From IMG/VR virus record IMGVR_UViG_647533161_000005: DNA of 49,155 nt; one strand, given 5' to 3'. A model generated the notes under the pieces. It ran no database searches. It saw only the letters and a program-made list of their open reading frames with translations, and was not told the DNA's origin. The translations under genes were made by a program, and so were the position numbers. This document shows positions 7,728 through 16,453 of this stretch, piece by piece. Positions within the stretch are counted from its first letter, which is position 1; each line of letters begins with the position of its first letter. This DNA comes from a virus. Its lineage: Duplodnaviria; Heunggongvirae; Uroviricota; Caudoviricetes.

Positions 7728-8739
7728 AAAGGTGAAAACCGGCAGTTCATCCAGTAAGTCTGTATTGACCTGGCTTGCTGATATGTGCGGTGCCGATTTG
7801 TGTGCATACCCGTCTGTATCTGCACTGGCAGAAGTAACGGAACTGAACAAAAAGACTGTGCAGGACAGCTTACGACACCTGATGGAGATTGGGTTAATTG
7901 TTGATACCGGTGAGAGAAAAGGCAGAACAAAGCAAATTGTGGTGTACCGACTTATCGGTGTAGAAGAAAGTGTTGCCGAGCCTGAATACACCCAAAAACG
8001 GGAGTCTTTAAAGGTGGGTAAAATTGGTGCTGTTAATAAAAACAGTACCGAAAATGGTTATGTTTCAGCACAAAACAGACCCAAAAACGGAACTCTTAGC
8101 TGCATGGAAAATAACCAAAGACACCCAAATTTTCCATCAAAGACACCCAAAAACGGATCACGGAACCCAAAGGAACCCAAAGATCTAAACCCCACACATA
8201 ACGCACGCGAGAGTGCTCCGACCAGTGAGCAGGAAGTTTTGTCGTTACAGGCAGCACCCCTTGTATTCCTGGATGGCCTGAGCGAACCCATCGGAAAATT
8301 TCCGATGACCGATAGCTGGTATCCGTCACGGGATTTTCGACGACGGGCTGCGTTGTGGGGGATGGCTTTGCCGGAGACAGAATTTACACCTGCTGAACTT
8401 GCCGCCTTCCGGGACTACTGGGCAGCGGAGGGGAAAGTGTTTACGCAGATTCAGTGGGAGCAGAAATTCGCCCGTCACGTAAATCACGTCAGGGCGCAGG
8501 TTAAACCAGTCAGCAAGGGGGTAAACCATGCAGCAGCACCAGGTGGCACCGCATCACGGGCAGTTCAGGAAATTCGGGCAGCACGTGAGCAGTGGGAACG
8601 TGAAAACGGATTTATCAGCGACGGAAACGGTCTGGAAGCTGTGGGAACTCATGGGGGAGGTTTATTCGAACCGCTGGACCCAGAAGAACGGGGCCGCACC
8701 TTCGAAGCTCTGGATTGCACAGATTGGCGCGATGACTGA
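7699..8739 (+). CDS. Replication initiation protein (N-terminal HTH, DnaT-like C-terminal region) containing an internal iteron array
   Basis: ATG at 7699 gives MSIDALRWAKKV... with a winged-HTH-like N-terminus. The ACCCAAAAACGG-type repeats lie inside the gene, as lambda ori lies inside O. Confidence 0.75.
   Translation: MSIDALRWAKKVKTGSSSSKSVLTWLADMCGADLCAYPSVSALAEVTELNKKTVQDSLRHLMEIGLIVDTGERKGRTKQIVVYRLIGVEESVAEPEYTQKRESLKVGKIGAVNKNSTENGYVSAQNRPKNGTLSCMENNQRHPNFPSKTPKNGSRNPKEPKDLNPTHNARESAPTSEQEVLSLQAAPLVFLDGLSEPIGKFPMTDSWYPSRDFRRRAALWGMALPETEFTPAELAAFRDYWAAEGKVFTQIQWEQKFARHVNHVRAQVKPVSKGVNHAAAPGGTASRAVQEIRAAREQWERENGFISDGNGLEAVGTHGGGLFEPLDPEERGRTFEALDCTDWRDD
7985..8190. repeat. Iteron array, probable phage origin of replication
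   Basis: Direct repeats acacccaaaaacgg (about 7988), gacccaaaaacgg (about 8078), acacccaaaaacgg (about 8143) plus degenerate copies (acacccaaatttt, aacccaaagg, aacccaaagatc). Confidence 0.55.
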
Positions 8740-9193
8740 GCAGCAAATCCGACAGGTCTGCCGCCAGTGCATGGACCGCTGCCGGGCGGGTGAAACATGG
8801 CCTCCGGACCTGGCTGAGTTTGTGGCGCTGATTTCAGAAAGCGGGGCCAATCCATTTGGCCTGACGGTGGATGCTGTGATGGAGGAGTACCGCCGCTGGC
8901 GTGATGAGTCCTGGCGATATGACGGAAGCGACAAATATCCGTGGCCTCAGCCTGTGCTGTACCACATCTGCCTCGAAATGCGTACCAGAGGGATTGAGCG
9001 CCAGATGACGCAGGGTGAGTTAAAACGACTTGCAGAACGGCAACTGACGAAATGGGCAAAGCATGTTGGTAACGGGATGAGTGTTCCGCCAGTGCGACGA
9101 CAACTGGAAGGGGCGAAACACCCGCAAGGGCCAACGCCAATTGAACGGCTGAAACAGGAATACGAACGCCGGAAGGCAGCTGGTTTTATTTGA
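8528..9193 (+). CDS. Replication protein P family (helicase loader)
   Basis: C-terminal two thirds align with my recollection of lambda P (..FVALISESGANPFGL.., YPWPQPVLYHICLEMR.., KRLAERQLTKWAKHV..). AAGGGGG sits 6 nt upstream of the ATG at 8528; an alternative start is the ATGA overlap at 8732. Confidence 0.7.
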   Translation: MQQHQVAPHHGQFRKFGQHVSSGNVKTDLSATETVWKLWELMGEVYSNRWTQKNGAAPSKLWIAQIGAMTEQQIRQVCRQCMDRCRAGETWPPDLAEFVALISESGANPFGLTVDAVMEEYRRWRDESWRYDGSDKYPWPQPVLYHICLEMRTRGIERQMTQGELKRLAERQLTKWAKHVGNGMSVPPVRRQLEGAKHPQGPTPIERLKQEYERRKAAGFI

Positions 9194-9226
9194 ATCTGAG
9201 AAACGATTTTGTCGGAGGAAATTTTA

Positions 9227-9997
9227 ATGGAAACCGTATTTGACGCACTGAAAGCAATGGGAAAAGCCACATCGGTAGAACTGGCCGCGCGACTTGATAT
9301 CAGTCGTGAAGAGGTTCTCAACGAGCTGTGGGAACTCAAAAGAAATGGCGTCGTTGATAAAACTGGTCACACCTGGTTTCTGGCTGGCGAAGGTGAATCC
9401 CGGGTAACCGAAGAGCGGCCAGTAAAATCTGAAGCACAGGATATGCTGACCGGGGAGGTCGAACAAAAAGTTACCGCAGACATGATGATTGAGTTTATCG
9501 GTCAGGATGGTGCTAAAACGTGTGAGGAACTGGCGGGTAAGTTCGGCGTCAGTACTCGCAAGGTTGCCTCCACGCTGGCGGTGGTAACCGCAACGGGGCG
9601 GCTGGCACGCGTTAATCAGAACGGTAAATTTCGTTACTGCATGCCGGGCGATAATTTACCAGCAGAGCCGAAAGCCGCGCTGGTAACGGAAAGTGATGGT
9701 AAGGCCTTTCCTCAGCCAGCAGGTGCTGCGTTACCAGTCCGGGAAGCCGCAACACAGGAAGAAATTAAAACAGAAACTGTGGCGGACATTGTGCAGCCGT
9801 TGCCATCGTTTACCGAAACGCAAGCAGATGAGCTGATTTTTCCGTCCCTTCGCAGGGCAAACCTGGCGCTGCGCAGGGCGAAAAGTGATGTTCAGAAGTG
9901 GGAGCGAGTCTGCGCCGCGCTGCGGGAGCTGAACAAGCACCGGGATATTGTTCGACAGATTAGTGATTCTTCCCGCCGTGTTGTATCGGAAAAGTGA
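9227..9997 (+). CDS. Hypothetical protein with N-terminal winged-helix-like region
   Basis: ORF with GGAGG 9 nt upstream of the ATG at 9227; N-terminus [43 protein letters not shown] looks like a wHTH. Confidence 0.6.
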   Translation: METVFDALKAMGKATSVELAARLDISREEVLNELWELKRNGVVDKTGHTWFLAGEGESRVTEERPVKSEAQDMLTGEVEQKVTADMMIEFIGQDGAKTCEELAGKFGVSTRKVASTLAVVTATGRLARVNQNGKFRYCMPGDNLPAEPKAALVTESDGKAFPQPAGAALPVREAATQEEIKTETVADIVQPLPSFTETQADELIFPSLRRANLALRRAKSDVQKWERVCAALRELNKHRDIVRQISDSSRRVVSEK

Positions 9998-10012
9998 TTG
10001 CCGGAGGCGCTT

Positions 10013-10405
10013 ATGGCAAAAGTATTTACACCAGAAGAGCGGGAAGAAGTGAAGGCGCGCATTGTGGAATTCGTGCGCCTGAGCGGACGAGAAACTTTTC
10101 GACAACTGGCAGATAAAACGGGTGTCAGTAAGACCGCTATTCGTCGTTTATCTGGTGCGCTTGCGGCCAGTGGTGATGTCTGGCTCTCTGGTTGCGGGGT
10201 ATTTCCATCAGAGCAGGCGTATCGCGTATGGCGTAAGACACCGGAGAAGGCTGCTGACCCGACACTGATTCGAAAGTTACCTGACGGAGAAATACGTCGT
10301 TACAACAGACGGCAGAACATAATTTGTCGTGAGTGCCGCCAGAGCGAAGTCATGCAGCGTGTGCTGGCGTTCTATCGGGGAAACTTTCAGGAGGTGATGG
10401 AGTGA
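10013..10405 (+). CDS. Hypothetical protein, possible HTH
   Basis: ORF with GGAGG upstream of the ATG at 10013; contains an HTH-like segment (TGVSKTAIRRL). Confidence 0.55.
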   Translation: MAKVFTPEEREEVKARIVEFVRLSGRETFRQLADKTGVSKTAIRRLSGALAASGDVWLSGCGVFPSEQAYRVWRKTPEKAADPTLIRKLPDGEIRRYNRRQNIICRECRQSEVMQRVLAFYRGNFQEVME

Positions 10406-10698
10406 GGGTGAGAGTTTATATTGCCGGTCCAATGACGGGATATGAAAATTTCAACCGTGAGGCGTTTCACAAGGCGGAAGAGGAACTGAAACGGGAAGGG
10501 CATACCGTCTTAAACCCGGCAGTACTTCCGGACGGGCTGACACAGCCGCACTACATGGATATTTGCATGGCAATGATTCGTTGTGTGGATGCGATTTACA
10601 TGCTGAATGGCTGGCAGCGGTCAGCGGGCGCTAAGGCAGAGCTGGCACTGGCGGAGAAACTGGGGCATGCGGTGATTTATCAGGAGGTGGCTCAATGA
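10402..10698 (+). CDS. DUF4406-like protein (nucleoside 2-deoxyribosyltransferase-like fold)
   Basis: Motif VYIAGPMTGYENFNREAFHKAEEELKREGHTVLNPA is typical of this family. Probable GTG start 8 nt after AGGAGG, overlapping the upstream stop. Confidence 0.6.
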   Translation: MRVRVYIAGPMTGYENFNREAFHKAEEELKREGHTVLNPAVLPDGLTQPHYMDICMAMIRCVDAIYMLNGWQRSAGAKAELALAEKLGHAVIYQEVAQ

Positions 10699-11156
10699 GA
10701 GAGGTTAACTATGAGGCGCTTCGTGAGGCAGCACAAAACTATCAGTCGACGCTGGCGTGGTATCAGGCTATCCCGGACAGCCCAAATGCTGAACGGGATT
10801 GTGATGCGGCTCTTGCTGCGTTTAAGCGTCACATCCGTCATCGGGAAGCGGATATTATCGCTGATTTGCTGGATGGACTGGAAGAAGCAAAATCACAACT
10901 CAACGAGCAGCGTGAGTATTACGAAGGCGTTATCTCTGATGGGAGTAAGCGTATTGCTGAACTGGAAGCGCGGGAAGTTCAATTACCGACTCGCTACGAC
11001 CTTCGATATGGACATCCGATAAATGCAGATGAGCGACATGTCATGATACCTAAAGAAAATGGCAGTTGGCTTTACCTGATTGACCTAGAACACGCATTAC
11101 GCGTCGCTGGCATTCGCATCAAAGGAGAGGAGCATGGAAATAAAACCAGAGGATGA
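10695..11156 (+). CDS. Hypothetical protein
   Basis: 153-aa ORF with ATGA overlap to the upstream gene; no recognisable family. Confidence 0.55.
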   Translation: MREVNYEALREAAQNYQSTLAWYQAIPDSPNAERDCDAALAAFKRHIRHREADIIADLLDGLEEAKSQLNEQREYYEGVISDGSKRIAELEAREVQLPTRYDLRYGHPINADERHVMIPKENGSWLYLIDLEHALRVAGIRIKGEEHGNKTRG

Positions 11157-11490
11157 GTTAAGCAATATCGTTTTATTTCCGGTAAAAGAGGATGACCCTC
11201 GTAATCAGGTTAATTTTCTTTATGAGTCATCGGAAAGACCATATTGTCATCACGCCTCTGTTCGGGTTGACGAAAAAGAGCGTCAGGTCCGCTGTAAAAT
11301 CTGCGGTGCAGTTGTGGAGCCGTTTGACTGGATGCTCTCTGTGGCGAAAAGAGAAACCAGACTGGCAGATGATGTAAGGCTATTGCGCCAGGAGGAACAG
11401 GAAAGGCGGAAAAATATAGAAAAGTTAATTCAGATTGAGCGTAACGCGAAAGCGCGGATATGCAGGGCGACAAAATCCAGAACTGAATAA
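11134..11490 (+). CDS. Hypothetical protein with putative zinc ribbon
   Basis: 118-aa ORF with CHH...CKICG metal-binding-like motif; overlaps the upstream gene end. Confidence 0.5.
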   Translation: MEIKPEDELSNIVLFPVKEDDPRNQVNFLYESSERPYCHHASVRVDEKERQVRCKICGAVVEPFDWMLSVAKRETRLADDVRLLRQEEQERRKNIEKLIQIERNAKARICRATKSRTE

Positions 11491-11585
11491 TTAAATTTAG
11501 CACTGTTAAAAATTTTATCCTTAACCGGAGGGATTTCTGCACCCTCAGAACATCAGGAGGCCGCCCGAAAGGGCGGTAATGAAAA

Positions 11586-11993
11586 ATGACTGAATTAACA
11601 AAAGAGCAATTAATCGAAGAAGCCAAATTAAAAATAGCGATTGCGAAATGCCACACGAATTCAGGGATGGCACGGGTAGAGGGTGAGTTATTCAAAATTG
11701 CACTGGCATCGCTAGAAGCGGAACCGATAGCGTGGAAATGCGGCGAAAACATAATCCTGTTTAATCCTGACACAGTTGAAGCATACGCAAAACGTGCGGA
11801 GATATCACCTAAACCACTATTCGCAGCTCCACCTGTGCCGGTTGTGTCTGAAGAACTGGTTAAAGCCGTGCGCTTCTATGAAAAGGTTAAGCGTGAAAAT
11901 CCGCCAGTCGAAACCGGAGCATGGAAAGACGCTGTTGACTGGGTGCTCAAAGAGGCCTGCCAGGTTGTAAACACTGGCATCAAAGGAGACTGA
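11586..11993 (+). CDS. Hypothetical protein
   Basis: 135-aa ORF; shares the motif AAPPVPVVSEE with the 328-aa protein encoded at 12357..13343. Confidence 0.55.
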   Translation: MTELTKEQLIEEAKLKIAIAKCHTNSGMARVEGELFKIALASLEAEPIAWKCGENIILFNPDTVEAYAKRAEISPKPLFAAPPVPVVSEELVKAVRFYEKVKRENPPVETGAWKDAVDWVLKEACQVVNTGIKGD

Positions 11994-11994
11994 T

Positions 11995-12360
11995 ATGGCA
12001 CTGACGAAAAAACAACGTGCAGAATTGCGCATGAAGTTTGGCGGTCGCTGTGCTTATTGCGGCTGTGAACTTGGCGAAAAGTGGCATGCAGACCATGTAA
12101 AACCGGTCATTCGTTTTAATGGAAATATGCTTCACCAGGAACGTGACGATATATCCAACATGGTTCCGGCATGCCACCCATGCAATCTGCACAAGCATTG
12201 CAGTAGCCTGGAAGACTATCGGCGAATTATCAGTGATGGTCGTCGTGAATTCCTTGCGTCCGGGAAAGGCAAAGCGCTGGTTCGTATGGGATTGGTTGAA
12301 ATGAAATCTGACCCGGTTGTGTTCTGGTTTGAAAAATATCAAGAAGGGGCTACAGCATGA
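11995..12360 (+). CDS. HNH endonuclease
   Basis: CAYCGCE...HADHVKP...CHPCNLHK matches the HNH motif arrangement (CxxC, His-Asn-His core, second CxxC). Confidence 0.8.
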   Translation: MALTKKQRAELRMKFGGRCAYCGCELGEKWHADHVKPVIRFNGNMLHQERDDISNMVPACHPCNLHKHCSSLEDYRRIISDGRREFLASGKGKALVRMGLVEMKSDPVVFWFEKYQEGATA

Positions 12361-13343
12361 CCACTATTACCAATAAGAAACAGTATCCCAGCGAGCAATA
12401 TCTTAATGAGCTTATCACCAACATAGAGTTTGCTGCAAGGGCACCAGTTGAAGTCGTGAGCGCAATGGCAGCAGAGCTACAGAAGCGGCGCGAAGCTGAT
12501 AGCGCAGAACCAGTTGCTTATATTTTCAAACATCCGGCCGGGAAATTATTCTGGGCTTTAACGGATGAAAGCAATAAAGAGCAAGCGGACGTTATTCCTG
12601 TTTATGCCGCCCCTCCAGTGCCAGTAGTATCTGAAGAAAAACCAATGCCTAACCCTCTTAAAATGTACGCGGTCGATGATGTTGCCGCTATTGCAGAGGT
12701 GAGAGGCTGGAATGCCTACCGCGCCGCCATGCTTCAGAGTCAGGGGGAAGGCAACCCTCATGTAACCCCGGCTCGCCTGCCTGGTGGTTTCACCATTGAG
12801 GATGCGAAGGTGTTACATGAAGACCTTGTACGTAGCCACATAAGCCAGGCTTTAAGTGGCGAAAAGATGAAAAAGAAAGATCGCGATGCTGATTTGCGCT
12901 GGATTCATGGCGTAATAGTTCAGGCCGCGTGGTTTGTAAAGGCATCACTGGAGCAGAATGCACTATCGGGCAACTCTCCGGTAATTCCTGGTGAGGTGTT
13001 GTCCGCAATCCGGGAGGTTGCCAGGATTCGCGCCGATTTCGATGATTTTGACGGTGACAGGCGAGGTATCGGTGATTGTCTGGATGAGGCCGAGCAAGAG
13101 CTTATCGTTACCATTAACAAATATGCCAGTCAGTTGGCAGTAGAGCCGGTAGTACCTGATGACGTTCTGGAACAGACAGTAGCGTCGCCAGCGCTAGGTA
13201 ACCAGGTTAGCGAATTAACAATGTGGGTTAAACGACTGGTCAGTCAACTGAAAAAAGCTCAGCCGGACTGCAAATTACCGGAGAAGGCGATGGATTACCT
13301 GAAACGAAATGGACTGATAAGCGTGGAGGATGTTTTACGATGA
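12357..13343 (+). CDS. Hypothetical protein
   Basis: 328-aa ORF with ATGA overlap to the HNH gene; no recognisable family. Confidence 0.55.
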   Translation: MTTITNKKQYPSEQYLNELITNIEFAARAPVEVVSAMAAELQKRREADSAEPVAYIFKHPAGKLFWALTDESNKEQADVIPVYAAPPVPVVSEEKPMPNPLKMYAVDDVAAIAEVRGWNAYRAAMLQSQGEGNPHVTPARLPGGFTIEDAKVLHEDLVRSHISQALSGEKMKKKDRDADLRWIHGVIVQAAWFVKASLEQNALSGNSPVIPGEVLSAIREVARIRADFDDFDGDRRGIGDCLDEAEQELIVTINKYASQLAVEPVVPDDVLEQTVASPALGNQVSELTMWVKRLVSQLKKAQPDCKLPEKAMDYLKRNGLISVEDVLR

Positions 13344-13463
13344 ATATTTAGACTAAAGAGTTTGTAACGCTATGTAAGTGATTTTTTCTGGTTTAGATAT
13401 TTATATGTCCGGCCAAATTGAGGTGTGTTTAAATGTTATTGCACATTGATTGTAGGGGGAATA

Positions 13464-13643
13464 ATGAAAAACGCATTGCAGTTTTTGTTTGTTGCGTTCT
13501 GGTTGTTCGCATCATGTATGCCCATCATCTTCACAGCAAGGTATATGGAAAAAATTGATGTTTTGATATTAATGTTTGGACATATAAATGCCCTTTTTTT
13601 AGGGGTGTTCATGGCGGTCATGTGCATTGAATACTGGCGGTAA
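13464..13643 (+). CDS. Small hydrophobic membrane protein
   Basis: MKNALQFLFVAFWLFASCMPIIF...GVFMAVMCIEYWR, two hydrophobic segments, in an AT-rich stretch just upstream of hok. Confidence 0.4.
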   Translation: MKNALQFLFVAFWLFASCMPIIFTARYMEKIDVLILMFGHINALFLGVFMAVMCIEYWR

Positions 13644-13901
13644 ATACAGCGAACGCCATTGGTTTAGTTGGATATTTACTGTGCCGGACAAAAACGGTTT
13701 GCGGGGAAATCTTAGTTAAGTAGAATAACTGCGGGTGCTTGAGGCTATCTGTCTCAGGCATGAACACCAAAAGGCAGATAGAGAAAAGCCCCAGTTAACA
13801 TTACGCGTCCTGCAAGACGCTTAACATTAATCTGAGGCCATATCTATGCGACACATAGAGATTAGCCTCTTACGGACCGAAAGGTCAAGGAGAAGCAGGC
13901 T

Positions 13902-14057
13902 ATGAAGCAGCAAAAGGCGATGTTAATCGCCCTGATCGTCATCTGTTTAACCGTCATAGTGACGGCACTGGTAACGAGGAAAGACCTCTGCGAGGTACGA
14001 ATCCGAACCGGCCAGACGGAGGTCGCTGTCTTCACAGCTTACGAACCTGAGGAGTAA
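13902..14057 (+). CDS. hok: Hok/Gef-family type I toxin
   Basis: 51-aa product MKQQKAMLIALIVICLTVIVTALVTRKDLCEVRIRTGQTEVAVFTAYEPEE, matching HokD/RelF as I recall it. Below the 60-aa cut-off of the supplied ORF track. Confidence 0.85.
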   Translation: MKQQKAMLIALIVICLTVIVTALVTRKDLCEVRIRTGQTEVAVFTAYEPEE

Positions 14058-14125
14058 GAGACCAGGCGAGGGAGAAATCCCTCGCCACCTCTGATGTGGC
14101 AGGCATCCTCAACGCACCCGCACTT

Positions 14126-14150
14126 AACCCGCTTCGGCGGGTTTTTGTTT
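14126..14150 (+). terminator. Rho-independent terminator downstream of hok
   Basis: Hairpin aacccgc-ttcg-gcgggtt followed by a T-run. Confidence 0.6.
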
Positions 14151-14411
14151 TATTTTCAACGCATTTGAAGTTCTGGACGGTGCCGGAATAGAATCAAAAA
14201 TACTTAAGTAGCGCGCAGGGATAAGAGGGATGGTCCCTTAAAGGGGAGAGCTAATTATCCGGAAGGATTCTGATGATGAACATCGAAGAACTGCGTAAAA
14301 TTTTTTGTGAAGATGGCCTCTATGCTGTGTGCGTTGAAAATGGAAATATTGTTAGCCATTACCGCATTGTGTGTTTGCAAAAAATGGGGCTGCGTTAATT
14401 AATTTTGTGGA

Positions 14412-14593
14412 NNNNNNNNNNNNNNNNNNNNNNNNNNNNNNNNNNNNNNNNNNNNNNNNNNNNNNNNNNNNNNNNNNNNNNNNNNNNNNNNNNNNNNNNN
14501 NNNNNNNNNNNNNNNNNNNNNNNNNNNNNNNNNNNNNNNNNNNNNNNNNNNNNNNNNNNNNNNNNNNNNNNNNNNNNNNNNNNNNNNNNNNNN
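14412..14593. other. Assembly gap (182 N) with duplicated flanks
   Basis: N-run; 14071..14411 is repeated at 14594..about 14937 with homopolymer-length differences. Confidence 0.9.
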
Positions 14594-14796
14594 GGAGAAA
14601 TCCCTCGCCACCTCTGATGTGGCAGGCATCCTCAACGCACCCGCACTTAACCCGCTTCGGCGGGTTTTTGTTTTTATTTTCAACGCATTTGAAGTTCTGG
14701 ACGGTGCCGGAATAGAATCAAAAATACTTAAGTAGCGCGCAGGGATAAGAGGGATGGTCCCTTAAAGGGGAGAGCTAATTATCCGGAAGGATTCTG

Positions 14797-15048
14797 ATGA
14801 TGAACATCGAAGAACTGCGTAAAATTTTTTGTGAAGATGGCCTCTATGCTGTGTGCGTTGAAAATGGAAATATTGTTAGCCATTACCGCATTGTGTGTTT
14901 GCAAAAAAATGGGGCTGCGTTAATTAATTTTGTGGATGCCCGAGTGACGGACGGATTTATCTTGCACGACGGTGAGTTTGTCACTTCATTACAGGCATTG
15001 AAAGAGATCGGAATAAAAGCTGGCTTTTCTGCTTTTTCAGAAGAATAA
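14797..15048 (+). CDS. Small hypothetical protein (position corresponds to rem of the K-12 Qin prophage)
   Basis: 83-aa ORF; a truncated, frameshifted copy sits in the left flank of the gap. Size and position between hok and the DUF968 gene suggest a Rem homologue, but I cannot verify the sequence. Confidence 0.5.
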   Translation: MMNIEELRKIFCEDGLYAVCVENGNIVSHYRIVCLQKNGAALINFVDARVTDGFILHDGEFVTSLQALKEIGIKAGFSAFSEE

Positions 15049-15114
15049 ACTCATCTACAATCTTGCGCGGGGCTGAACTCCCGCTGAGTAACACCGTGCC
15101 ACCGGAGAAAACCG

Positions 15115-15393
15115 ATGGCACGCAACGCAAAATATTACAATCATGATAATTCGACCGTTCTTGCCCACACGCACGAGCGGTATTCTCATGCATTTAAGTC
15201 AGACTGGTACCAGCATCCCCCATGCACTGAAGAACAGGCCGAGTGGCTAATTCAGTGCTACCGCAGACACGGATACGAGATTAAGAAAGCCCTCAGCCTC
15301 GATTATCGTCACTGGATAATCTCCGTCAGGCTCCCTTACTCCGAACGGCCACCGCGTCCGTCCCGCACATTCCAGCAACGCATCTGGAGGTAA
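15115..15393 (+). CDS. Hypothetical protein
   Basis: 92-aa ORF whose 3' end contains the GGAGG for the downstream DUF968 gene (translational coupling). Confidence 0.45.
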   Translation: MARNAKYYNHDNSTVLAHTHERYSHAFKSDWYQHPPCTEEQAEWLIQCYRRHGYEIKKALSLDYRHWIISVRLPYSERPPRPSRTFQQRIWR

Positions 15394-15394
15394 C

Positions 15395-16453
15395 GTGCGG
15401 GTATTACTTCGACCTGTTCTGGTACCGGAACTTGGGCTGGTGGTGCTAAAACCGGGCCGTGAATCCATGCCGGTATTCCACAATACCCGGGTACTGGTGG
15501 AGCCGGAACCGAAAAGCATGCGTAATCTGTCGTCCGGGGTCGTTCCTGCCGTTCGCCAGCCGCTGGCGGAGGATAAATCATTACTGCCATTTTTCAGCGA
15601 CGAACGAGTGATTCGTGCTGCTGGTGGCGCTGGCGCATTGTCTGACTGGTTACTGCGCCATGTTAAATCCTGCCAGTGGCCACACGGCGATTATCACCAC
15701 AGTGAAACCGTCATTCACCGTTATGGTACCGGCGCAATGGTGTTGTGCTGGCACTGCGACAACCAGCTGCGCGACCAGACCTCCGAATCACTCGGGCAAC
15801 TTGCTCACCAAAACCTGTCTGCATGGATGATTGACGTCATACGCCATGCAATGAATGGCTCGCAGGAACGGGAATTATCGCTGGCTGAATTATCCTGGTG
15901 GGCGGTCCGCAATCAGGTGGCGGACGCGCTACCGGAAGCGGTATTACGTCGTTCGCTGGGGTTGCGTGCGGAAAAAATCCGCTCAATGTACCGTGAAAGC
16001 GACATCGTACCGGGAGAGCAGACCGCCACCAGCATACTGAAACAGCGCACAAAAAATCTTGCGCCGCTGCCTCACGCCCACCAGCAACAGAACCCACCAC
16101 AGGAAAAGACGGTGGTCAGCATTGCCGTTGATCCGGAATCTCCGGCTCAGTATCTCCAGCGCCAGAAACCACAACGGGAAGAGATGCCTGTATACACGCG
16201 CTGGGTAAAAACGCAGAAATGCATGACGTGTGGCAATCAGGCAGATGATCCGCATCACATCATTGGTCATGGACTGGGAGGGATGGGAACAAAGGCTGAC
16301 GATTTGTTTGTTATTCCGCTGTGTCGTAAATGCCATAACGAACTACACGCCGGGGTAAAAGATTTTGAAGAAAAACACGGTAGTCAGTTGTTGTTGCTGA
16401 TTCGTTTTTTAATGCACGCGAGAAATTCGGGTGTTCTGAAGTGGAAAGCATAA
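15395..16453 (+). CDS. DUF968-family protein (YdfU-like)
   Basis: C-terminal motif CMTCGNQADDPHHIIGHGLGGMGTKADDLFVIPLCRKCHNELH is typical of YdfU-like prophage proteins; GTG start after GGAGG. Confidence 0.7.
   Translation: MRVLLRPVLVPELGLVVLKPGRESMPVFHNTRVLVEPEPKSMRNLSSGVVPAVRQPLAEDKSLLPFFSDERVIRAAGGAGALSDWLLRHVKSCQWPHGDYHHSETVIHRYGTGAMVLCWHCDNQLRDQTSESLGQLAHQNLSAWMIDVIRHAMNGSQERELSLAELSWWAVRNQVADALPEAVLRRSLGLRAEKIRSMYRESDIVPGEQTATSILKQRTKNLAPLPHAHQQQNPPQEKTVVSIAVDPESPAQYLQRQKPQREEMPVYTRWVKTQKCMTCGNQADDPHHIIGHGLGGMGTKADDLFVIPLCRKCHNELHAGVKDFEEKHGSQLLLLIRFLMHARNSGVLKWKA

Noticed and set aside
8058-8329. Minus-strand ORFs within the replication initiator gene
   Set aside because: They overlap the iteron region and the confidently assigned plus-strand gene and have no translation signals.
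14412-14593. N-runs as biological deletions or unsequenceable insertions
   Set aside because: Both gaps are flanked by mutually duplicated sequence, and the tape measure gene reconstructs to normal length when the flanks are merged, so no sequence appears to be missing.
14371-14715. ORFs containing runs of X across the N-gaps
   Set aside because: Artifacts of translating through N-runs.
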